From Eledone cirrhosa (Eukaryota), in assembly GCA_964016885.1 (NCBI GenBank), contig OZ024745.1, forward strand, positions 100,192,001-100,256,000: a DNA stretch of 64,000 nt. Reading direction: 5' to 3'. Under the pieces are notes generated by a model. The model saw nothing but the letters and a program-made list of their open reading frames with translations. It ran no database searches and was not told the DNA's origin. A program made the translations under genes and the position numbers. Positions 23,791-35,500 of the stretch are shown piece by piece. How positions within the stretch are numbered: the first letter of the stretch is position 1; every line of letters starts with the position of its first letter.

Positions 23791-24746
23791 AAAAAAAAAA
23801 TCAGAGTTCAATATCATGTAAGATTGAAAGAAAAAGTATTATTAATTCAGAGAAAAACATGTGTATATGTGTGTATGTGATATTTATGTATAAAAAGTTC
23901 AAATTATAAACATTTGTTGGTAATATTTTCAAGGAAATGCACAAATAACAACCAATGACAATGTAAATGTTGAAAAACAATGTTTCAACGTAAAATAATC
24001 ACTCCAAATATTTTAGCACCTTATTTATGTAGAATTTGAAGTTGGTGAAAATCGGCAAAATATTGACCTTATGCATAAAATCCTCCTCCCCATTTTACCA
24101 TTGTTTTCTTTGGCTTATATTCGAATACATATGGTATATTAGAATTAAACTAAGATAAATTAGATTAAGACTGTAAATAAATGAGACGACAGATCCCTGG
24201 CTTGTCTGGGAGATCAGTAGCCACACTTCAGTACTGACTTAGTCTATGTAGACTTCTCCAACACTTGATAGCAGGGAAAGCAGATGATAATGATGATAAA
24301 AAAACATAATTTTATATGATGCTTCAAATTCTCACAAATTAAAAACATTAAATTTTCTGAAACTTTTCTGATGTGGATAAAGAGTTTATAAAGAAAACAT
24401 TTAATTGCTGATAATATATACAGGTAAGTGATTATACAATAGCTGTGTAAACATATCAAAGCAGTAAAATACTTCAAACTGTATTCAACCCTTCAAAAGA
24501 TATGTAAGATGATGAAAATGGTGGGATGGTCATGGCAGAAAGGTCTTTGATCATATGTTTGCTCAACCAGGGCTGGTCAAATGCTATAATAACAACCTCA
24601 AAGAGTTGTTAAAAGACATTAACTGTATAAAAAATTGAAAATATAACTTGAAAAGAAATAATTTGTTACTGAAGACGCAAATCTACACCCCCCCTCCCCG
24701 AAAAGTTGTTCAAAACAAGTAAGTGTGGATTTCAAATTAAGATTAA

Positions 24747-25293
24747 CCCATTAGCATTTAACCCTTTAGAATTTACATTACTCTACATTTACTATTATAT
24801 TTTCATGGTAAAAGCTTTACCTCAGAATTATCTCACATAATATTGAATCTATGACATTTTGATTGGCAGTATCGGTAGAGGGTCGGACGCGATGCTTTCC
24901 AGCATAGTTACGTCCCTTTACGATCTGAGTTCAAATCCCTCCGAGCTTGACTTTGCCTTTCATCCGTACGGGGTCGATAAAATAAAGTACCAGTAATGCA
25001 CTGGATAATTGCTGGCCTTGTGCCTAAAGTAGAAACAATTATTTATTTTGAGAACAATACCTCAACAGAAGCCAGTTATGGCCAGTTTGAACAGAAAGAG
25101 GTGAGAGAATTCTTGTTGGATATGGCTGGTTTAAATGCTAAAGGATTAAACCAGCCATATCCAGCCAGAATTCTCTCACCTCTTTCAGTTCAAACTGGCT
25201 GTAACCAGCCACTCATACTGATGTTAAGGTATTGTTCTCAAAATAAATAATAGCAAATACAATAGTACAGAGTAATGGAAATGCTAAAGGGAT
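24747..25293. mobile_element. piggyBac-type MITE interrupted by SINE A (24861-25042), fused to an inverted partial MITE
   Basis: MITE left part, SINE A, MITE right part to ~25145, then reverse copy AAACCAGCCATATCC...ATGCTAAAGGG. Confidence 0.75.
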
Positions 25294-26049
25294 AATTGTA
25301 TGCACACATTTGTAATAAGGCTATTAAAAAATAGATGCTGCTTCTTTATTTTTTTCAAAAATTTGTTTACTTTTGATGAAAAACAAAGTTAAAAATTAAA
25401 TGATTTGCATTGACAGAAAACAGTTCATATATAAAAACTAGTCTAAGTTTGGTGTACTGTAAATGCAAAAGAATTGTAACTTTTGGGGCTTGGTTCTTAA
25501 TGATCATATTATAGGAGCAGTTGAAATGAATGTTAAAGAAATGTGGCCTACTGGTTAGAGTGATGGACACATAAGTTTATGGGTTTAATTTCTGGACAAG
25601 ATGGCACATTATATTTTTGAGCAAAATACTTCATCTGATGCTGCTCCTGTCAGGAGTTGCAGCCAGCAGATAGATTCAACCAATGGAAAAAAATGTTTCC
25701 ATGGTTTGATTTGATGACAGGCTCCTTGTTTGTTTTTTTTTTTAAAATGAAAACAGCAGATCCCTTCAATAAACCATAACCTTCTCTCAAAAATGTTACT
25801 TGTTTACATATATTTGTTTGTACACATATGTGTACATGTGTATACATGTATGTTTATGTTTGTGCAAGTATTTTGTTTCTGCTTTCCCAGAAGATAGCAT
25901 GATAATCACTAGTCACACTAATAAATGAAAGTCAATACTTTAGGAATGTTCAACAGAGTTACAGCTATAACTCTACAGATAGAATGTTGATGCTGGAATA
26001 GGTCTTAATATATCTGAATCATATGTTTATAAATTAAGGTATGAGTTAA

Positions 26050-26500
26050 TAAGGATTTCTAGTATAGGCAAAAGGCCAGTAATTTTGGGGGAGGGGAAAG
26101 TTGATCAAGTCGACTCCAGTATGTTACTGGTACTTTATTTTATCGACTCCGTAAAGATGAAAGGCAAAGTTAACCTCGGCAGGATTTGAACTCAGATCAT
26201 AAAGGGGCGTAACTCAATGCTGCAAAGCATGGCATCCGACCCTCTACTGATACAGCCAATCCACCACCCTGGTATGAGTTAATAATGATTTCTATTATAG
26301 GCACAAGGCCAGCAATTTTGGGGAGAGGAAGTCGATTATATCGAGCCCAGTGTGTTACTGGTACTTTATTTTATCGATCCCGTAAGGATGAAAGGCAACA
26401 CTAACCTCGGTGGGATTCGAACTCAGAATATAAAGGGCAGTAACTCTATGCCGCGAAGCAGGGTGTCAGATGTTCTACCAATTCTGCCAATCCAGCGTCT
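26050..26500 (-). mobile_element. Two tandem SINE A copies (long-tail subfamily)
   Basis: Both antisense, bounded by GGTATGAGTTAATAA at 26038, 26271 and 26503. Confidence 0.85.
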
Positions 26501-26569
26501 TCGGTATGAGTTAATAATGATATTAGTACTACAAGAAGTGCATCCTTATATAGCTTTACTTATTATTAC

Positions 26570-26960
26570 TATTGGATAGAGTATCGGACAGCATGCTTTG
26601 TGGCATATAGTTACATCCCTTTAGGTACTGAGTTCAAATCTTGCCAAGGTTAACTTTGCCTTTCATCCTTACGGGGGTTGAGAAAATAAAGCACCAGTAA
26701 TGCATTGGGGTCGATTTAATTGGCTTTACCCTCCCCCAAAATTGCTGGCCTTGTGCCTAAATCAGAAACCATTATTATTATTATTATTGTTATTGAGGGC
26801 TGTGGCTCGACAGGATCAGTAGGGTGTCAAAAAACATGCTTAAGTGCATATCATTACTGTCCTTTATGTTTTGAATAAAAAAACCTGGTGAAGTTAATTT
26901 TGCCTTTCGTCCTTACAGGGTAGATAAAATAAAACACCAAAAATTGCTGGCCTTGTGCCT
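26570..26960 (+). mobile_element. Two older SINE A copies
   Basis: GAGTTCAAATC B box and GCCTTTCATCC..AAAATAAA..CCAG core, with (ATT)n tail. Confidence 0.75.
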
Positions 26961-26964
26961 ACTC

Positions 26965-27250
26965 TGATCATGTGCCTGTAGGCTGGTGAATTTGAGAAGG
27001 AGAGAGGTACTCATCACGGGTGCCCTCGAAGAGTCGGGTGGTTCAGGATTGGTGGGGTACCTGAGCCAACCCTGGGTGGCTACCCCCACCCCCTATTGGA
27101 GGGTTCTGATTGTTGCATTTTTCTTGTTATTTTGTTATTGTTATTTATATATTTTTTTCCACGTTTTAATATGTAAACCCCACTGTCCCCATCTATTGTA
27201 TTGTCCTCTATATGTCGGCCCTTGTGGCCAATAAATGAAACTATTATTGT
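26965..27250 (+). mobile_element. L1/Tx1-like 3'UTR fragment
   Basis: Same layout as the satellite inserts (CCCTATTG, T-rich tract, GTAAACyCC, CCAATAAA, (TAT)n). Confidence 0.55.
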
Positions 27251-27512
27251 TCTTCTTACTATCAGACTCCATCTTGGAGCTTAAAATAAAAATTGCTTTC
27301 AGTTCTTCTATGTGGTATCCAATTCATTTCTGATTATTCTGGCAGTGTCAACTAGGCACGTGTTTTTGTACAGGCTCTATACCAAGATCAAATCCAATTT
27401 GTTGCAAATGTTTAACAAGATTATCTGTTACACATCCTAGTGCTCCTATAATTATTGGTGCCAGTATTACCTTATTTACTTCACCCTTTCAAATTTTCAT
27501 ATTATTTTTATT

Positions 27513-28130
27513 GCTAGAGAGTCGGACACCGAATTACGACCCTTTATGTTCTAAGTTCAAATCTTGCTGCGGTTAGCTATGCCTTTCATCTTTACAGGGT
27601 CGATAAAATAAAGTACCAGTGATTCACTGGGGTTGATTTAATCGACTTTCCCCTTCCTAGCAAATTGCTGACCTTATGCCTAAAGTAGAAACAATTATCA
27701 TCATTATTATTACTAATATGAGGTGGATTGGGTGGTGGATTGGCAGTATCAGTAGAGGGTTGGACACCATGCTTTCCAGCATAGTTACGTCCCTTTATGA
27801 TCTGAGTTCAAATCCCGCCGAGGTTGACTTTGCCTTTCATCCTTACGGGGTCGATAAAATAAAGTACCAGTAATGCACTGGGTAATTGCTGGCCTTGTGC
27901 CTAAAGTAGAAACAATTATTACTAATATGAGGGTGGTGGTTTGGCAGCATCGGTAGAGGGTCGGACGCCATGCTTTGCAGTATAGAGTTACACCCCTTCC
28001 TGATCTGAGTTCAAATCCTGCCGAGGTTAACTTTGCCTTTCATCCTTACGGGGTCGATAAAATAAAGTACCAGTAATGCACTGGGATAATTGCTGGCCTT
28101 GTGCCAAAAGTAGAAACAATTATTATTACT
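27513..28130 (+). mobile_element. Three tandem SINE A copies
   Basis: Copies at ~27515, ~27730 and ~27931, each followed by ATTATTACTAATAT. Confidence 0.85.
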
Positions 28131-28272
28131 AATATCATTACTATTGATATTACTCTCATTATTCCTAAGATTAATATAATTTTTTACATATGGTAACAAT
28201 CAATAATTTATTCAAGTATTCACTTTATTTGATAAGCTATATATACTGTTTGTTTATTACTACATGCTCTAG

Positions 28273-28322
28273 CTCTCTTCACCTTGTCAAATGATGTAAT
28301 GCAAATTCCATTTATTCTATCT
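28273..28322 (+). CDS. Candidate 50-nt internal exon (xLFTLSNDVMQIPFILS)
   Basis: CTCTAG acceptor, GTAAGT donor, open frame. No homology support. Confidence 0.2.
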
Positions 28323-28529
28323 GTAAGTTCTTATGTGAAAATGTGTCTTTCTGTATTTCAAAGGTGATATTTGCCTGAAACATTTTGAAATATTTATACC
28401 TGCATCTACAGATTTTGAATATCATAGCTACTGAAGATCCTGAATAGAATCAAAGCAAAGACATTACACTTAAACATTTAATCTGTTAAAATAATTAATA
28501 TTTACTTTATGGTTATATTATTGCATATA

Positions 28530-28716
28530 GGGCGGTGGATTGGCATTATCGGTAGAGGGTCGGACGCCATGCTTTGAAGCATAGAGTTACGTCCCTTTAC
28601 GATCTGAGTTCAAATCCCGCCGAGGTTAACTTTGCCTTTCATCCTTACGGGGTCGATAAAATAAAGTACCAGTAATGCACTGGGTAATTGCTGGCCTTGT
28701 GCCTAGAGTAGAAACA
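28530..28716 (+). mobile_element. SINE family A with 13-bp TSD
   Basis: ATTATTGCATATA at 28517-28529 and 28717-28729. Confidence 0.92.
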
Positions 28717-28796
28717 ATTATTGCATATATATATAACTTTTATCATGTTCTTTCTGGATTTTGGTCTTTTAAACTTTGTATTTATTATCATTATCA

Positions 28797-28992
28797 TGGA
28801 TTGGCAGAATCGATAGAGGGTTCGATGTCATGCTTTGCAGCATAGAGTTACGGCCCTTTACGGTCTGGATTCAAATCCTGTCGAGGTTAAATTTGCCTTT
28901 CATCCTTACGGGGTCGATAAAATAAAGTACCAATAACGTACTGGTATAATTGCTGGCCTTGTGTCAAAAGTAGAAACATTATTATTATTATT
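28797..28992 (+). mobile_element. SINE family A
   Basis: Diverged full copy with (ATT)n tail. Confidence 0.85.
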
Positions 28993-29193
28993 ATATGTTA
29001 GTGTGTGTACATATATATATATATATGTAGATATATTTTACTTGAATTACTATGGAATATGAAAACTGGTTATGATTTGGAAGTCGCTACATTAAGTGTG
29101 GTTGCAAATATAAAAACAAAATTGGGTGAAAAATCATTGTTTTTACTCCACTCAACCATACCTCTGTTTCTTTAGCCGATTTTCTTGCCTTAA

Positions 29194-29397
29194 CCCTTTT
29201 GCATTTAAACCAGCCATGTCCAGCCAAAATTCTCTCACCTCTTTCTGTTCAAACCGGCCATAACCGGTTGCTCATACTTATATTAAAGTATTGTTCTCAA
29301 AATGAATGATATCAAAATCTCATAGATTCGATATTATGTGAGATAATTTACCATGAAAATACAATAGTAAATATAGAGTAATGTAAATGCTAAAAGG
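29194..29397 (-). mobile_element. piggyBac-type MITE copy
   Basis: TTAA|CCCTTTTGCATTTA...TAAATGCTAAAAGG|TTAA. Confidence 0.8.
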
Positions 29398-30069
29398 TTA
29401 AATATTTACAACCCTGGCTGCATTGTAGCTGCTTATATGTATATATTAGGTATGCACCAATCACAAGTAATTTTAGTTTGCCTTATTGGAGGATACTGAT
29501 TAATCAACATCTGATTATCTATAATGCATGGTGACATTGGCTTGCCTCAAAATATTCCTTTGACCCTTGTGATTTGTGGCCGATTGTCACACTTAATGGT
29601 GAATTGATGGTTGTTTTTGTTTTTGCCTTCCCTTCTTTCTCTCATTCTGATTGTATATTTTGGTGTGTTGTATTTGTGAGGTTCCTAGCAATAGTTAATT
29701 GTATTAGTTATTTGTGTTTAGAATTTCATTCTAAAAGAATTGTAATGTTATTTGTGTATATTTTAAAACCTTAATAAAGTTTATATGTTATATATTATAT
29801 TTCATCATTAATAACAATTATGGAGTTACTATTGGAGAGCACATGATGACAAAATTAGGCTGATTTGATATATGAGTTAGCATACATGAGTCAGTAAGAA
29901 ATTGGCTATGTTTTAAAAATAAAGAAATTTTGCTGTTGTTACATCATAAGACTAAAATTTGATCATAAAATTTTATTTCTTGTTTCTGTGAGGTATGATA
30001 ACAGGAATCAGTATTATTGGAAGTTTTTTAATATGTTTAAATGTAATCAAAAACTTGATGATTTGAAAA

Positions 30070-30318
30070 TCAATTCAGTGCTCGTGCCAATTCTTACCTA
30101 TGGTCATGAATCTTGGGTAATGACAGAAAGAATATGATTATGAATACAAGTGATAAGCTGCTAAAATGAGGTTCTCCAAAGAGTCTTTGAAGTAACATTC
30201 CTCAATAGAGTGCATAGCTCAGAGAACAGGGAGTTGCTCCAGGTAAAGCCCATGCTTTTCCATATTGAGAGATCACGGCTCCAATACTATGAACATGTGG
30301 TCAGGATGTCTCAGGAAA
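30070..30318 (+). mobile_element. Old RTE C-terminal fragment
   Basis: SVLVPILTYGHESWVMTERI and IERSRLQYYEHVVRMSQE. Confidence 0.7.
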
Positions 30319-30407
30319 TATATACACACTTCAACAGCATTCTAATAAATATTGCCTGTACAGGTAATCAAAGTGTGTATACATTTTTAGGGAACACCCT
30401 GTGTGTT

Positions 30408-30443
<36 letters not shown>

Positions 30444-30700
30444 CATATATACTGTATGCACTAACTTTCCCTCCCTCTTCCCTACACCTCCACACCCTAA
30501 CATTGCACTCATGCCCAGACACTATGTCCCTCACACATGCCCCTAGATCTACCTCCTCAACCGCCATAAACCTCCCCCAAGTCCCCAGAATACACTGTAA
30601 AAGTGGATGGTGTTAGAAAGGGTATCCAGCCATAGAAACCAAACCAAAATCAGTCCTGCATGAATGAGTAAAAAATGGATGTAAAATGGTGATGGTGATC

Positions 30701-30813
<113 letters not shown>

Positions 30814-31825
30814 ATGAGTTGGATGCATCCACATTTATGTATCGGTATGGTGATAGTGTTGGAGTCATGATAAAATTCTCCCAGTACACATCTGTAAATG
30901 TAGTTGGTGTTAGGAAGGGCATCTAACCATGGAAACCACATTCCCTGTACATGCTGTAAAGCAGCTGGCATTAGGAAGGTCATCAATTCATAGAAATGAA
31001 GCTGAAACAAATTGTACAAGCAGGACTTAGTCACCTGACCAGTCTAGCCTCAGCATGCAACAGCTGTCTAACTAATGCAAGCAATGAAAATAGATGTTAA
31101 ACGGTGATGACACACACACACACACGCATTCACACAACTCCCTTACAATCAAAGTAACAAATCCAACTCATACTAACATGGAAAACCAGGCATGCCTCAC
31201 CTTGTACTATGATAAAATGCTTGGATGGGGGTTGAGAAGGGAATATGGCCATAGAGGCCATGCCAAGATGGAATGTGTGAACTAGATGTGGCTAGATGTG
31301 AACTAGATGTGAACTAGATGTGGAATATAGATGCTTAATGATGATGAAATGATGCACTCTCAACCTACCTGCTGCCATATCCTTGATACACCTTTCCTAT
31401 CCAATCCATGTATATATAGAAAGTCTGACATATTCCACAACACACAGCCAAGTGGAACTCACTCTCTTCAAGGCTAGCAGCCCTCATGGCACATTACTTG
31501 TTCACCCACTATGGAATAACCATCTCCATTAGCAAGCATTTTACTCTCATCATTGCCTCTGTGGCCAGGTCAAGGACAAAATGAGCGCCTAAATGCCATA
31601 ATTAGATAGCACTAGAGGACATGATAAAATACATCCAGTCCACTCTGTAAGATGGTAGCACTGGAGCCACAAAAAGAAAAGCACCCAGCTCACCCTGTTT
31701 TTCGGAAAACATAGATAATACCTGTTGTTAAAAATTGCAGGAGTGACCACATATGAGTGAATAACATTGTACTGCATGCCATGATGTTAAATAGCACCAT
31801 AAATCTCTAACAGGGTAAAGACGCC

Positions 31826-32127
31826 CTTCAATCACGAATGACCATGGGATTTGCACCTAGAGAGATCCTCTCCGAGGCACAAGTCCGGGCAAGGTTTGTG
31901 AAAGACCAGCAATTGCCCATGCATACCGTCTCCGCTCTCAATACCACTAATGTTGTCCAACGGAAAGGCAAAGGCCGATACAGCTTGGCACCACTGATGT
32001 CGCAACTCACTTCAACAGCTGAATGAACTGGAGCAACGTGAAATAAAATGTCTTGCTCAAGAACACAATGCAAAGTCTAGTCTGAGAATCGAACTCACGA
32101 CCTCATCTAACCACTAAGCCATCCACC
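31826..32127 (-). mobile_element. CORE-type SINE (different 3' tail from the 16533 copy)
   Basis: Antisense TGGCTTAGTGGTTAG, GAGTTCGATTC and CTTGAGCAAGACATTTTATTTCACGTTGCTCCAG. Confidence 0.75.
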
Positions 32128-32576
32128 TAACAGAAAACGTGAATAAAGAATATCCAAAGATCAATAATCTTTGCAGCCTCTATTACAGTTTTTATATATT
32201 TTTACATTGCCATGCCATCTGATGAATGTTTTTCTGCTATAATCTTACAAGTAATAGAAAAACAGTTAGCTCAAAACAATGCTTATTTCTAACACTAACA
32301 CAAGGTCAGTAATCTAGAGAAAGAGGAAAGTTGATTATATTAACCTCAGTATTTGACTGTTATATTAGTTTATTGACCTCGTAAGGATGAACGTCAAAAT
32401 TGACTTCCGCAGGATTTGAAAAATGTTAAGGAGCTGAATAAATAAATACTGGTAACTATTTTCGATTCATTCTAATTACTACCAATAATACTTGTGTATG
32501 CACATACGTATATACATACACACATATGTATATACACACACATGCATGCACACTCATATATCCACAGATATGAAAT

Positions 32577-35500
32577 ATGAATCTGCGAGCTACCAAGCAC
32601 CCACGTGAAGCGCCAACCCAGAGACCCTCCCCTACGAGTGTCGACAAATGCCCAAAACTCCGAGTTGGTACCATCAATGTAGGCTCAATGAAAGGAAGAG
32701 CAGGAGAAATCGTAGAAATGCTAGAGCGAAAGGAAGTTGATGTATGCTGTGTGCAAGAGACTAGATGGAGAGGAGGGTCTGCTAGAGTCCTTGTAGGAAA
32801 AAGCCAGTGCTACAAATTTTTCTGGGTGGGAAATGACGATGGGATGGGTGGTGTAGGTATACTATTAGCTGACAAGTGGGTAGATAAAGTAATCTCAGTG
32901 TACAGGGTAAATGCAAGAATCATTAAACTTAGACTAGTCCTGAATAAGACAATTACCACAATAATATCAGCTTACGCACCCCAATCGGGGCTGCCAGACG
33001 AACTTAAGGATAGGTTTTACGAGTCCCTAATACACACTACTGCTCTAACAGACGACAAGGACTTCCTAATCATTGCAGGAGATTTTAACGGACACGTAGT
33101 TTGTACCAGGGGTTTGTACACGGGTTTGTACCAGGGAAAGGCACCACTGATGCCCTCTTCCTTGTGAGGCAATTACAGGAAAAGTACCTAGCTAAAAGTA
33201 AGCCACTCTACTTGGCATTTGTCGACCTTGAGAAAGCCTTTGACAGAATTCCACGTGCAGTAATCTGGTGGGCTCTTAGAAAACTAGGAGTAGATGAATG
33301 GCTTGTGAAAGCGGTACAAGCCATGTATAGGGGAGCAGTCAGCAAAGTTAGGATTGGCAATGAGTATAGCGAGGAATTTAGCGTACAGGTTGGGGTCCAC
33401 CAGGGCTCTGTTCTTAGCCCTCTCCTGTTCATCATAGTCCTGCAGGCAATAACGGAGGAGTTTAAGACCGGATGCCCATGGGAACTCCTGTATGCTGATG
33501 ACCTCGCACTCATAGCTGAATCTATGGTAGAACTAGAGAATAAATTCCAAACCTGGAAGCAGGGACTAGAGAGAAAGGGCCTCAAAGTCAACATGACAAA
33601 GACTAAGGTCCTTGTAAGTAGACGAGAAAACAGAACCCAGATCCCCTCAGGGAAATGGCCTTGCTCAGTATGTAGGAAAGGTGTAGGTAGAAACTCCATT
33701 CTCTGCCCCAAATGCAAACAATGGGTACACAAGAGATGTAGCGGGATCTCAGGAAGCTTAATTAAGAATGTAGGATTCACATGCAGCAGCTGTGCTGAAA
33801 CAGCAAGCAAACAGCCACAGGAAACAAGTACCACCAATCTCTGGGAGGGCCCTGTAGAAACAGTAGACAGCTTCTGCTACCTAGGTGACCGAATTAGCAA
33901 CGGAGGTGGGTGCTCAGAAAGTACAATAACTAGGGTAAGAACGGGATGGAAGAAGTTTAGGGAACTACTACCACTGCTAGCTGCAAAAGGCTTCTCCCTC
34001 AGAATGAAAGGCAGACTGTATGATGCGTGTATCCGAACAGCGATGTTGCATGGTAGTGAGACCTGGGCGCTGAAGGTGGAAGACTCACGTAGATTAGAGA
34101 GAAACGAAGCCTGCATGCTCCGATGGATGTGTAACAGTAATATACGTGAACGACAAAGCATAAAGGAATTGAGAGAGAGACTGAGCATAAGAGGAATCAA
34201 ATGCTGCGTGCAGGAGAGGCGGTTACGCTGGTATGGACATGTGATGCGTATGAAGGATGACAGCTGCATAAAAAGGTGCAGAGCACTAGAAGTTGATGGA
34301 AACCGCGGAGTGGGGAGACCCAAGATGACTTGGGATGAGGTGATAAAAGCCGACCTTACCCAACTACACCTCTCAAAGTCAATGACACACGACCGTGACT
34401 TCTGGCGTCACGCAGTAATACAGGGTACCCGACCTCCCATGGGTACATGCTGAAGCATATAAACAATATGCCCCCCCCTCCACCGCAAGGTGGCCGTGGA
34501 GGTGCCACGGCAAAAAAGCACCCAGCCCACACTGTAAAGTGGGCGTGTAGGCGCCACGAAAAAGCACCCAGCACTCACTGTAAATGAGGTTGGTGTTAGG
34601 AAGGGCATCCAGCTGTAGAAATCAAGCCAGATCAGTTCCTGTATGAGCAAGGCATGGTCAGCCGACCAGACACTGCCCACAACAGGACAACCCGTCTAAC
34701 CCATGCTAGCGTGGAAGAACGGACGTAAAACGGTGATGATGATGATGATGACGTAGGTAAACACTGCGACGGCTTCAATAGAGTACATGGAGGCCATGGA
34801 GTTGGCACAAGGAATGAGGAAGGATTCAGACTTCTAGAATTCTGCGACGCCAATGACATGTCGATATGTAACACAAACTTTAAAAAACCCGACAACCACC
34901 TGATCACCTATAGATCAGGGGAGCACTCTAGTCAGTTAGATTTTATCCTCATCAGAGGACGTGACAGATGGACGGTCGTAAACACAAAAGCCTTCCCTAG
35001 TGAGGAATGTACATCCCAACATAGCTTAGTTGTCAGCGACCTCACGGTCAGAACTAGACGAGCCCTGAAACAGAGGCCAACCTGGAGAAGAAAGATCTGG
35101 AAGCTGAAAGTCCCCTCAACCAGTAACAGATTTAAAGATATTTTACTCAACGCCTACGACAGTAAAGAAGAACAGATAGAGACATTTAACGTAGAAGAGA
35201 ACTGGGAGTTCCTAAAAAATAACTTACTAGAGGCGACGGATGAGGTTTGTGGCTGGAGTAAGACCTCAAGCAGGAGGAGAGTGACTTGGTGGTGGAACAA
35301 TAAGGTAGATGAAGCAGTCAAGGCCAAGAGACAGGCATGGAAAGAATGGAAGAACGGGGGGAGCAGGGTACATTACATAGAGACCAAGAGGGAAGCTAGG
35401 CGACAAGTATACTTAGCTAGGAGGGAAGCAGAGGATAGAAAATTCAAGCATGTTTTACAACGTGAGGACCAGAAACAGGAGGTATTCAAGATTGCGAGGC

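Noticed and set aside
30302-30401. ~100-bp mariner-type MITE with CAGG(G/A)TG ends
   Set aside because: An inverted match exists, but the left end overlaps RTE coding sequence and there is no TA duplication; left unannotated.
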